A stretch of 64,000 nucleotides of DNA from Auanema rhodensis (Eukaryota; Animalia; Nematoda), in NCBI GenBank assembly GCA_964057225.1, contig OZ059897.1:18724001-18788000 (forward strand). The letters run 5' to 3'. This document shows, piece after piece, positions 51,601-64,000 of the stretch (position 1 is the stretch's first letter; each line of letters begins with the position of its first letter). Made by a program: the position numbers and the translations under genes. Below the pieces are notes generated by a model. That model did no database searches. It was not told where the DNA came from and saw only the letters and a program-made list of their open reading frames with translations.

Positions 51601-54600
51601 AGTGTATGTTGAGTTTCCATGTACACTCAACATTGCTTCCAAAAACATTTTGACAAAAATTTTTTCGAAAAATTTCAAAATAATTTAGCAAAAAGTAGAT
51701 GTTTTTAGATTCCATTTTTCAAGGCAAAGACGATGGACAATGTTATTCAACGAAAAAATTAATTCTTCAGGGTGAAAATCGAGGATATAAGTGTGAACTT
51801 ATATCAGTTGATATCTCGGTGCATTTTTAAGCTAGCGCAAATCTGATAACACAGATCGACGCAGCTTAAAAATCCGCATCGAATGCACTATACTACATTG
51901 AGAAACGCTTAATACAAAAATTAGTTATGATCGTTTGAAAAATGATGCATTAGTGTATGTTGAGTTTCCATGTACACTCAACATTGCTTCCAAAAACATT
52001 TTGACAAAAATTTTTTCGAAAAATTTCAAAATAATTTAGCAAAAAGTAGATGTTTTTAGATTCCATTTTTCAAGGCAAAGACGATAGACAATGTTATTCA
52101 ACGAAAAAATTAATTCTTCAGGGTGAAAATCGAGGATATAAGTGTGAACTTATATCAGTTGATATCTCGGTGCATTTTTAAGCTAGCGCAAATCTGATAA
52201 CACAGATCGACGCAGCTTAAAAATCCGCATCGAATGCACTATACTTCATTGAGAAACGCTTAATACAAAAATTAGTTATGATCGTTTGAAAAATGATGCA
52301 TTAGTGTATGTTGAGTTTCCATGTACAATCAACATTGCTTCCAAAAACATTTTGACAAAAATTTTTTCGAAAAATTTCAAAATAATTTAGCAAAAAGTAG
52401 ATGTTTTAAGATTCCATTTTTCAAGGCAAAGACGATGGACAATGTTATTCAACGAAAAAATTAATTCTTCAGGGTGAAAATCGAGGATATAAGTGTGAAC
52501 TTATATCAGTTGATATCTCGGTGCATTTGAAAGCTAGCGCAAATCTGATAACACAGATCGACGCAGCTTAAAAATCCGCATCGAATGCACTATACTACAT
52601 TGAGAAACGCTTAATACAAAAATTAGTTATGATCGTTTGAAAAATGATGCATTAGTGTATGTTGAGTTTCCATGTACACTCAACATTGCTTCCAAAAACA
52701 TTTTGACAAAAATTTTTTCGAAAAATTTCAAAATAATTTAGCAAAAAGTAGATGTTTTTAGATTCCATTTTTCAAGGCAAAGACGATAGACAATGTTATT
52801 CAACGAAAAAATTAATTCTTCAGGGTGAAAATCGAGGATATAAGTGTGAACTTATATCAGTTGATATCTCGGTGCATTTTTAAGCTAGCGCAAATCTGAT
52901 AACACAGATCGACCCAGCTTAAAAATCCGCATCGAATGCACTATACTTCATTGAAAAACGCTTAATACAAAAATTAGTTATGATCGTTTGAAAAATGATG
53001 CATTAGTGTATGTTGAGTTTCCATGTACACTCAACATTGCTTCCAAAAACATTTTGACAAAAATTTTTTCGAAAAATTTCAAAATAATTTAGCAAAAAGT
53101 AGATGTTTTTAGATTCCATTTTTCAAGGCAAAGACGATGGACAATGTTATTCAACGAAAAAATTAATTCTTCAGGGTGAAAATCGAGGATATAAGTGTGA
53201 ACTTATATCAGTTGATATCTCGGTGCATTTTTAAGCTAGCGCAAATCTGATAACACAGATCGACGCAGCTTAAAAATCCGCATCGAATGCACTATACTAC
53301 ATTGAGAAACGCTTAATACAAAAATTAGTTATGATCGTTTGAAAAATGATGCATTAGTGTATGTTGAGTTTCCATGTACACTCAACATTGCTTCCAAAAA
53401 CATTTTGACAAAAATTTTTTCGAAAAATTTCAAAATAATTTAGCAAAAAGTAGATGTTTTTAGATTCCATTTTTCAAGGCAAAGACGATAGACAATGTTA
53501 TTCAACGAAAAAATTAATTCTTCAGGGTGAAAATCGAGGATATAAGTGTGAACTTATATCAGTTGATATCTCGGTGCATTTTTAAGCTAGCGCAAATCTG
53601 ATAACACAGATCGACGCAGCTTAAAAATCCGCATCGAATGCACTATACTTCATTGAGAAACGCTTAATACAAAAATTAGTTATGATCGTTTGAAAAATGA
53701 TGCATTAGTGTATGTTGAGTTTCCATGTACAATCAACATTGCTTCCAAAAACATTTTGACAAAAATTTTTTCGAAAAATTTCAAAATAATTTAGCAAAAA
53801 GTAGATGTTTTTAGATTCCATTTTTCAAGGCAAAGACGATGGACAATGTTATTCAACGAAAAAATTAATTCTTCAGGGTGAAAATCGAGGATATAAGTGT
53901 GAACTTATATCAGTTGATATCTCGGTGCATTTTTAAGCTAGCGCAAATCTGATAACACAGATCGACGCAGCTTAAAAATCCGCATCGAATGCACTATACT
54001 ACATTGAGAAACGCTTAATACAAAAATTAGTTATGATCGTTTGAAAAATGATGCATTAGTGTATGTTGAGTTTCCATGTACACTCAACATTGCTTCCAAA
54101 AACATTTTGACAAAAATTTTTTCGAAAAATTTCAAAATAATTTAGCGAAAAGTAGATGTTTTAAGATTCCATTTTTCAAGGCAAAGACGATGGACAATGT
54201 TATTCAACGAAAAAATTAATTCTTCAGGGTGAAAATCGAGGATATAAGTGTGAACTTATATCAGTTGATATCTCGGTGCTTTTTTAAGCTAGCGCAAATC
54301 TGATAACACAGATCGACGCAGCTTGAAAATCCGCATCGAATGCACTATACTACATTGAGAAACGCTTAATACAAAAATTAGTTATGATCGTTTGAAAAAT
54401 GATGCATTAGTGTATGTTGAGTTTCCATGTACAATCAACATTGCTTCCAAAAACATTTTGACAAAAATTTTTTCGAAAAATTTCAAAATAATTTAGCAAA
54501 AAGTAGATGTTTTTAGATTCCATTTTTCAAGGCAAAGACGATGGACAATGTTATTCAACGAAAAAATTAATTCTTCAGGGTGAAAATCGAGGATATAAGT

Positions 54601-55107
54601 GTGAACTTATATCAGTTGATATCTCGGTGCATTTTTAAGCTAGCGCAAATCTGATAACACAGATCGACGCAGCTTAAAAATCCGCATCGAATGCACTATA
54701 CTACATTGAGAAACGCTTAATACAAAAATTAGTTATGATCGTTTGAAAAATGATGCATTAGTGTATGTTGAGTTTCCATGTACACTCAACATTGCTTCCA
54801 AAAACATTTTGACAAAAATTTTTTCGAAAAATTTCAAAATAATTTAGCGAAAAGTAGATGTTTTAAGATTCCATTTTTCAAGGCAAAGACGATGGACAAT
54901 GTTATTCAACGAAAAAATTAATTCTTCAGGGTGAAAATCGAGGATATAAGTGTGAACTTATATCAGTTGATATCTCGGTGCTTTTTTAAGCTAGCGCAAA
55001 TCTGATAACACAGATCGACGCAGCTTGAAAATCCGCATCGAATGCACTATACTACATTGAGAAACGCTTAATACAAAAATTAGTTATGATCGTTTGAAAA
55101 ATGATGC
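45631..55107 (+). repeat. Distinct haplotype domain (p138A+p298T, p230G/p231A and p226T/p271G monomers) with 4-mer and 2-mer duplications
   Basis: M138-141 ~ M142-145, M146-149 ~ M150-153, M154-155 = M156-157. Confidence 0.8.
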
Positions 55108-55458
55108 ATTAGTGTATGTTGAGTTTCCATGTACACTCAACATTGCTTCCAAAAACATTTTGACAAAAATTTTTTCGAAAAATTTCAAAATAATTTAGCA
55201 AAAAGTAGATGTTTTTTGATTCCTTTTTTCAAGGCAAAGACGATGGACAATGTTATTCAACGAAAAAATTATTTCTTCAGGGTGAAAATCGAGGATATAA
55301 GTGTGAACTTATATCAGTTGATATCTCGGTGCATTTTTAAGCTAGCGCAAATCTGATAACACAGATCGACGCAGCTTAAAAATCCGCATCGAATGCACTA
55401 TACTACATTGAGAAACGCTTGATACAAAAATTAGTTATGATCGTTTGAAAAATGATGC

Positions 55459-58400
55459 ATTAGTGTATGTTGAGTTTCCATGTACACTCAACATTGCTTC
55501 CAAAAACATTTTGACAAAAATTTTTTCGAAAAATTTCAAAATAATTTAGCGAAAAGTAGATGTTTTTAGATTCCATTTTTCAAGGCAAAGACGATGGACA
55601 ATGTTATTCAACGAAAAAATTATTTCTTCAGGGTGAAAATCGAGGATATAAGTGTGAACTTATATCAGTTGATATCTCGGTGCATTTTTAAGCTAGCGCA
55701 AATCTGATAACACAGATCGACGCAGCTTAAAAATCCGCATCGAATGCACTATACTACATTGAGAAACGCTTAATACAAAAATTAGTTATGATCGTTTGAA
55801 AAATGATGCATTAGTGTATGTTGAGTTTCCATGTACACTCAACATTGCTTCCAAAAACATTTTGACAAAAATTTTTTCGAAAAATTTCAAAATAATTTAG
55901 CGAAAAGTAGATGTTTTTAGATTCCATTTTTCAAGGCAAAGACGATGGACAATGTTATTCAACGAAAAAATTAATTCTTCAGGGTGAAAATCGAGGATAT
56001 AAGTGTGAACTTATATCAGTTGATATCTCGGTGCATTTTTAAGCTAGCGCAAATCTGATAACACAGATCGACGCAGCTTAAAAATCCGCATCGAATGCAC
56101 TATACTACATTGAGAAACGCTTGATACAAAAATTAGTTATGATCGTTTGAAAAATGATGCATTAGTGTATGTTGAGTTTCCATGTACACTCAACATTGCT
56201 TCCAAAAACATTTTGACAAAAATTTTTTCGAAAAATTTCAAAATAATTTAGCGAAAAGTAGATGTTTTTAGATTCCATTTTTCAAGGCAAAGACGATGGA
56301 CAATGTTATTCAACGAAAAAATTATTTCTTCAGGGTGAAAATCGAGGATATAAGTGTGAACTTATATCAGTTGATATCTCGGTGCATTTTTAAGCTAGCG
56401 CAAATCTGATAACACAGATCGACGCAGCTTAAAAATCCGCATCGAATGCACTATACTACATTGAGAAACGCTTAATACAAAAATTAGTTATGATCGTTTG
56501 AAAAATGATGCATTAGTGTATGTTGAGTTTCCATGTACACTCAACATTGCTTCCAAAAACATTTTGACAAAAATTTTTTCGAAAAATTTCAAAATAATTT
56601 AGCGAAAAGTAGATGTTTTTAGATTCCATTTTTCAAGGCAAAGACGATGGACAATGTTATTCAACGAAAAAATTAATTCTTCAGGGTGAAAATCGAGGAT
56701 ATAAGTGTGAACTTATATCAGTTGATATCTCGGTGCATTTTTAAGCTAGCGCAAATCTGATAACACAGATCGACGCAGCTTAAAAATCCGCATCGAATGC
56801 ACTATACTACATTGAGAAACGCTTAATACAAAAATTAGTTATGATCGTTTGAAAAATGATGCATTAGTGTATGTTGAGTTTCCATGTACACTCAACATTG
56901 CTTCCAAAAACATTTTGACAAAAATTTTTTCGAAAAATTTCAAAATAATTTAGCGAAAAGTAGATGTTTTTAGATTCCATTTTTCAAGGCAAAGACGATG
57001 GACAATGTTATTCAACGAAAAAATTATTTCTTCAGGGTGAAAATCGAGGATATAAGTGTGAACTTATATCAGTTGATATCTCGGTGCATTTTTAAGCTAG
57101 CGCAAATCTGATAACACAGATCGACGCAGCTTAAAAATCCGCATCGAATGCACTATACTACATTGAGAAACGCTTAATACAAAAATTAGTTATGATCGTT
57201 TGAAAAATGATGCATTAGTGTATGTTGAGTTTCCATGTACACTCAACATTGCTTCCAAAAACATTTTGACAAAAATTTTTTCGAAAAATTTCAAAATAAT
57301 TTAGCGAAAAGTAGATGTTTTTAGATTCCATTTTTCAAGGCAAAGACGATGGACAATGTTATTCAACGAAAAAATTAATTCTTCAGGGTGAAAATCGAGG
57401 ATATAAGTGTGAACTTATATCAGTTGATATCTCGGTGCATTTTTAAGCTAGCGCAAATCTGATAACACAGATCGACGCAGCTTAAAAATCCGCATCGAAT
57501 GCACTATACTACATTGAGAAACGCTTGATACAAAAATTAGTTATGATCGTTTGAAAAATGATGCATTAGTGTATGTTGAGTTTCCATGTACACTCAACAT
57601 TGCTTCCAAAAACATTTTGACAAAAATTTTTTCGAAAAATTTCAAAATAATTTAGCGAAAAGTAGATGTTTTTAGATTCCATTTTTCAAGGCAAAGACGA
57701 TGGACAATGTTATTCAACGAAAAAATTAATTCTTCAGGGTGAAAATCGAGGATATAAGTGTGAACTTATATCAGTTGATATCTCGGTGCATTTTTAAGCT
57801 AGCGCAAATCTGATAACACAGATCGACGCAGCTTAAAAATCCGCATCGAATGCACTATACTACATTGAGAAACGCTTGATACAAAAATTAGTTATGATCG
57901 TTTGAAAAATGATGCATTAGTGTATGTTGAGTTTCCATGTACACTCAACATTGCTTCCAAAAACATTTTGACAAAAATTTTTTCGAAAAATTTCAAAATA
58001 ATTTAGCGAAAAGTAGATGTTTTTAGATTCCATTTTTCAAGGCAAAGACGATGGACAATGTTATTCAACGAAAAAATTATTTCTTCAGGGTGAAAATCGA
58101 GGATATAAGTGTGAACTTATATCAGTTGATATCTCGGTGCATTTTTAAGCTAGCGCAAATCTGATAACACAGATCGACGCAGCTTAAAAATCCGCATCGA
58201 ATGCACTATACTACATTGAGAAACGCTTAATACAAAAATTAGTTATGATCGTTTGAAAAATGATGCATTAGTGTATGTTGAGTTTCCATGTACACTCAAC
58301 ATTGCTTCCAAAAACATTTTGACAAAAATTTTTTCGAAAAATTTCAAAATAATTTAGCGAAAAGTAGATGTTTTTAGATTCCATTTTTCAAGGCAAAGAC

Positions 58401-61400
58401 GATGGACAATGTTATTCAACGAAAAAATTAATTCTTCAGGGTGAAAATCGAGGATATAAGTGTGAACTTATATCAGTTGATATCTCGGTGCACTTTAAGC
58501 TAGCGCAAATCTGATAACACAGATCGACGCAGCTTAAAAATCCGCATCGAATGCACTATACTACATTGAGAAACGCTTGATACAAAAATTAGTTATGATC
58601 GTTTGAAAAATGATGCATTAGTGTATGTTGAGTTTCCATGTACACTCAACATTGCTTCCAAAAACATTTTGACAAAAATTTTTTCGAAAAATTTCAAAAT
58701 AATTTAGCGAAAAGTAGATGTTTTTAGATTCCATTTTTCAAGGCAAAGACGATGGACAATGTTATTCAACGAAAAAATTATTTCTTCAGGGTGAAAATCG
58801 AGGATATAAGTGTGAACTTATATCAGTTGATATCTCGGTGCATTTTTAAGCTAGCGCAAATCTGATAACACAGATCGACGCAGCTTAAAAATCCGCATCG
58901 AATGCACTATACTACATTGAGAAACGCTTAATACAAAAATTAGTTATGATCGTTTGAAAAATGATGCATTAGTGTATGTTGAGTTTCCATGTACACTCAA
59001 CATTGCTTCCAAAAACATTTTGACAAAAATTTTTTCGAAAAATTTCAAAATAATTTAGCGAAAAGTAGATGTTTTTAGATTCCATTTTTCAAGGCAAAGA
59101 CGATGGACAATGTTATTCAACGAAAAAATTAATTCTTCAGGGTGAAAATCGAGGATATAAGTGTGAACTTATATCAGTTGATATCTCGGTGCATTTTTAA
59201 GCTAGCGCAAATCTGATAACACAGATCGACGCAGCTTAAAAATCCGCATCGAATGCACTATACTACATTGAGAAACGCTTAATACAAAAATCAGTTATGA
59301 TCGTTTGAAAAATGATGCATTAGTGTATGTTGAGTTTCCATGTACACTCAACATTGCTTCCAAAAACATTTTGACAAAAATTTTTTCGAAAAATTTCAAA
59401 ATAATTTAGCAAAAAGTAGATGTTTTAAGATTCCATTTTTCAAGGCAAAGACGATGGACAATGTTATTCAACGAAAAAATTAATTCTTCAGGGTGAAAAT
59501 CGAGGATATAAGTGTGAACTTATATCAGTTGATATCTCGGTGCATTTGAAAGCTAGCGCAAATCTGATAACACAGATCGACGCAGCTTAAAAATCCGCAT
59601 CGAATGCACTATACTACATTGAGAAACGCTTAATACAAAAATTAGTTATGATCGTTTGAAAAATGATGCATTAGTGTATGTTGAGTTTCCATGTACACTC
59701 AACATTGCTTCCAAAAACATTTTGACAAAAATTTTTTCGAAAAATTTCAAAATAATTTAGCGAAAAGTAGATGTTTTTAGATTCCATTTTTCAAGGCAAA
59801 GACGATGGACAATGTTATTCAACGAAAAAATTAATTCTTCAGGGTGAAAATCGAGGATATAAGTGTGAACTTATATCAGTTGATATCTCGGTGCATTTTT
59901 AAGCTAGCGCAAATCTGATAACACAGATCGACGCAGCTTAAAAATCCGCATCGAATGCACTATACTACATTGAGAAACGCTTAATACAAAAATCAGTTAT
60001 GATCGTTTGAAAAATGATGCATTAGTGTATGTTGAGTTTCCATGTACACTCAACATTGCTTCCAAAAACATTTTGACAAAAATTTTTTCGAAAAATTTCA
60101 AAATAATTTAGCGAAAAGTAGATGTTTTTAGATTCCATTTTTCAAGGCAAAGACGATGGACAATGTTATTCAACGAAAAAATTATTTCTTCAGGGTGAAA
60201 ATCGAGGATATAAGTGTGAACTTATATCAGTTGATATCTCGGTGCATTTTTAAGCTAGCGCAAATCTGATAACACAGATCGACGCAGCTTAAAAATCCGC
60301 ATCGAATGCACTATACTACATTGAGAAACGCTTAATACAAAAATTAGTTATGATCGTTTGAAAAATGATGCATTAGTGTATGTTGAGTTTCCATGTACAC
60401 TCAACATTGCTTCCAAAAACATTTTGACAAAAATTTTTTCGAAAAATTTCAAAATAATTTAGCGAAAAGTAGATGTTTTTAGATTCCATTTTTCAAGGCA
60501 AAGACGATGGACAATGTTATTCAACGAAAAAATTAATTCTTCAGGGTGAAAATCGAGGATATAAGTGTGAACTTATATCAGTTGATATCTCGGTGCATTT
60601 TTAAGCTAGCGCAAATCTGATAACACAGATCGACGCAGCTTAAAAATCCGCATCGAATGCACTATACTACATTGAGAAACGCTTAATACAAAAATCAGTT
60701 ATGATCGTTTGAAAAATGATGCATTAGTGTATGTTGAGTTTCCATGTACACTCAACATTGCTTCCAAAAACATTTTGACAAAAATTTTTTCGAAAAATTT
60801 CAAAATAATTTAGCAAAAAGTAGATGTTTTAAGATTCCATTTTTCAAGGCAAAGACGATGGACAATGTTATTCAACGAAAAAATTAATTCTTCAGGGTGA
60901 AAATCGAGGATATAAGTGTGAACTTATATCAGTTGATATCTCGGTGCATTTGAAAGCTAGCGCAAATCTGATAACACAGATCGACGCAGCTTAAAAATCC
61001 GCATCGAATGCACTATACTACATTGAGAAACGCTTAATACAAAAATTAGTTATGATCGTTTGAAAAATGATGCATTAGTGTATGTTGAGTTTCCATGTAC
61101 ACTCAACATTGCTTCCAAAAACATTTTGACAAAAATTTTTTCGAAAAATTTCAAAATAATTTAGCGAAAAGTAGATGTTTTTAGATTCCATTTTTCAAGG
61201 CAAAGACGATGGACAATGTTATTCAACGAAAAAATTAATTCTTCAGGGTGAAAATCGAGGATATAAGTGTGAACTTATATCAGTTGATATCTCGGTGCAT
61301 TTTTAAGCTAGCGCAAATCTGATAACACAGATCGACGCAGCTTAAAAATCCGCATCGAATGCACTATACTACATTGAGAAACGCTTAATACAAAAATCAG

Positions 61401-61424
61401 TTATGATCGTTTGAAAAATGATGC
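55459..61424 (+). repeat. p93G-rich domain with 2-mer alternation and a 4-mer duplication (M168-171 = M172-175)
   Basis: p165T recurs in M159, 161, 163, 166, 168 and 172. p325C recurs in M169, 171, 173 and 175. Confidence 0.75.
58491..58500 (+). other. Only indel seen in the array: CATTTTTAAGC to CACTTTAAGC (350-bp monomer M167)
   Basis: The register of all downstream monomers shifts by -1. Confidence 0.92.
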
Positions 61425-64000
61425 ATTAGTGTATGTTGAGTTTCCATGTACACTCAACATTGCTTCCAAAAACATTTTGACAAAAATTTTTTCGAAAAAT
61501 TTCAAAATAATTTTGCAAAAAGTAGATGTTTTAAGATTCCATTTTTCAAGGCAAAGACGATGGACAATGTTATTCAACGAAAAAATTAATTCTTCAGGGT
61601 GAAAATCGAGGATATAAGTGTGAACTTATATCAGTTGATATCTCGGTGCATTTTTAAGCTAGCGCAAATCTGATAACACAGATCGACGCAGCTTAAAAAT
61701 CCGCATCGAATGCACTATACTTCATTGAGAAACGCTTAATACAAAAATTAGTTATGATCGTTTGAAAAATGATGCATTAGTGTATGTTGAGTTTCCATGT
61801 ACACTCAACATTGCTTCCAAAAACATTTTGACAAAAATTTTTTCGAAAAATTTCAAAATAATTTAGCAAAAAGTAGATGTTTTTAGATTCCATTTTTCAA
61901 GGCAAAGACGATGGACAATGTTATTCAACGAAAAAATTAATTCTTCAGGGTGAAAATCGAGGATATAAGTGTGAACTTATATCAGTTGATATCTCGGTGC
62001 ATTTTTAAGCTAGCGCAAATCTGATAACACAGATCGACGCAGCTTAAAAATCCGCATCGAATGCACTATACTACATTGAGAAACGCTTAATACAAAAATT
62101 AGTTATGATCGTTTGAAAAATGATGCATTAGTGTATGTTGAGTTTCCATGTACACTCAACATTGCTTCCAAAAACATTTTGACAAAAATTTTTTCGAAAA
62201 ATTTCAAAATAATTTAGCGAAAAGTAGATGTTTTTAGATTCCATTTTTCAAGGCAAAGACGATGGACAATGTTATTCAACGAAAAAATTAATTCTTCAGG
62301 GTGAAAATCGAGGATATAAGTGTGAACTTATATCAGTTGATATCTCGGTGCATTTTTAAGCTAGCGCAAATCTGATAACACAGATCGACGCAGCTTAAAA
62401 ATCCGCATCGAATGCACTATACTTCATTGAGAAACGCTTAATACAAAAATTAGTTATGATCGTTTGAAAAATGATGCATTAGTGTATGTTGAGTTTCCAT
62501 GTACACTCAACATTGCTTCCAAAAACATTTTGACAAAAATTTTTTCGAAAAATTTCAAAATAATTTTGCAAAAAGTAGATGTTTTAAGATTCCATTTTTC
62601 AAGGCAAAGACGATGGACAATGTTATTCAACGAAAAAATTAATTCTTCAGGGTGAAAATCGAGGATATAAGTGTGAACTTATATCAGTTGATATCTCGGT
62701 GCATTTGAAAGCTAGCGCAAATCTGATAACACAGATCGACGCAGCTTAAAAATCCGCATCGAATGCACTATACTACATTGAGAAACGCTTAATACAAAAA
62801 TTAGTTATGATCGTTTGAAAAATGATGCATTAGTGTATGTTGAGTTTCCATGTACACTCAACATTGCTTCCAAAAACATTTTGACAAAAATTTTTTCGAA
62901 AAATTTCAAAATAATTTAGCGAAAAGTAGATGTTTTTAGATTCCATTTTTCAAGGCAAAGACGATGGACAATGTTATTCAACGAAAAAATTAATTCTTCA
63001 GGGTGAAAATCGAGGATATAAGTGTGAACTTATATCAGTTGATATCTCGGTGCATTTTTAAGCTAGCGCAAATCTGATAACACAGATCGACGCAGCTTAA
63101 AAATCCGCATCGAATGCACTATACTACATTGAGAAACGCTTAATACAAAAATCAGTTATGATCGTTTGAAAAATGATGCATTAGTGTATGTTGAGTTTCC
63201 ATGTACACTCAACATTGCTTCCAAAAACATTTTGACAAAAATTTTTTCGAAAAATTTCAAAATAATTTTGCAAAAAGTAGATGTTTTAAGATTCCATTTT
63301 TCAAGGCAAAGACGATGGACAATGTTATTCAACGAAAAAATTAATTCTTCAGGGTGAAAATCGAGGATATCAGTGTGAACTTATATCAGTTGATATCTCG
63401 GTGCATTTTTAAGCTAGCGCAAATCTGATAACACAGATCGACGCAGCTTAAAAATCCGCATCGAATGCACTATACTTCATTGAAAAACGCTTAATACAAA
63501 AATTAGTTATGATCGTTTGAAAAATGATGCATTAGTGTATGTTGAGTTTCCATGTACACTCAACATTGCTTCCAAAAACATTTTGACAAAAATTTTTTCG
63601 AAAAATTTCAAAATAATTTAGCAAAAAGTAGATGTTTTTAGATTCCATTTTTCAAGGCAAAGACGATGGACAATGTTATTCAACGAAAAAATTAATTCTT
63701 CAGGGTGAAAATCGAGGATATAAGTGTGAACTTATATCAGTTGATATCTCGGTGCATTTTTAAGCTAGCGCAAATCTGATAACACAGATCGACGCAGCTT
63801 AAAAATCCGCATCGAATGCACTATACTACATTGAGAAACGCTTAATACAAAAATTAGTTATGATCGTTTGAAAAATGATGCATTAGTGTATGTTGAGTTT
63901 CCATGTACACTCAACATTGCTTCCAAAAACATTTTGACAAAAATTTTTTCGAAAAATTTCAAAATAATTTAGCGAAAAGTAGATGTTTTTAGATTCCATT

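Larger units (their letters stand above)
1..64000. repeat. Tandem satellite DNA array, 351-bp monomer, ~182.3 head-to-tail copies, truncated by both window ends
   Basis: ATTAGTGTATGTTGAG recurs at 1, 352, 703 ... 7021, 14041, 21061 ... 56161 (exact multiples of 351), then one base earlier (58617, 60021, 63882) after a 1-bp deletion. No non-satellite sequence or inversion was seen. Confidence 0.99.

Noticed and set aside
55129-55356. 75-aa ORF as a gene
   Set aside because: Open only because private p110T removes a TAG and p165T removes a TAA in monomer M158.
61411-63357. Three identical 63-aa ORFs (61411, 62464, 63166)
   Set aside because: They start at TTG, are opened by the single SNP p90T (TAG to TTG), and are copies of the same satellite variant.
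1-64000. Giant tandem-repeat protein gene (351 = 117 codons, almost no indels)
   Set aside because: The + frames carry stops in the consensus, including TGA as well as TAA/TAG in the frames I translated, so stop reassignment does not rescue them. The ORF track shows no minus-strand ORFs.
1-64000. CRISPR array or other repeat-spacer system
   Set aside because: There are no unique spacers. The entire 351-bp unit is repeated and there are no associated genes.

Overview
The whole 64-kb window is one uninterrupted head-to-tail tandem array of an AT-rich (about 31% GC by hand count) 351-bp satellite monomer. It holds 182 complete monomers plus a 119-bp partial one, all in the same orientation, and it runs off both window edges. 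Monomers differ from the consensus by only 0-6 substitutions (>=98% identity). I found a single indel in the window (58493). There are no genes, RNA genes, transposons or CRISPR arrays. The five tracked ORFs arise where satellite SNPs remove stop codons. The information in this window lies in (i) the monomer, which is dense in dyad symmetry, including a 67-nt 26-bp fold-back, and (ii) the order of SNP haplotypes. That order shows nested local higher-order repeats (2- to about 12-mers), recombinant junction monomers and a roughly 27-monomer block duplicated 18-29 kb apart whose two copies then expanded independently. This fits a recently homogenised, possibly centromeric eukaryotic satellite. 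I cannot name the family or organism. I do not see a novel protein-coding system. Numbering: monomer Mn starts at 1+351(n-1), minus 1 from M168 on, and 'pN' means position N within a monomer. Haplotypes were read by eye and should be verified by alignment.
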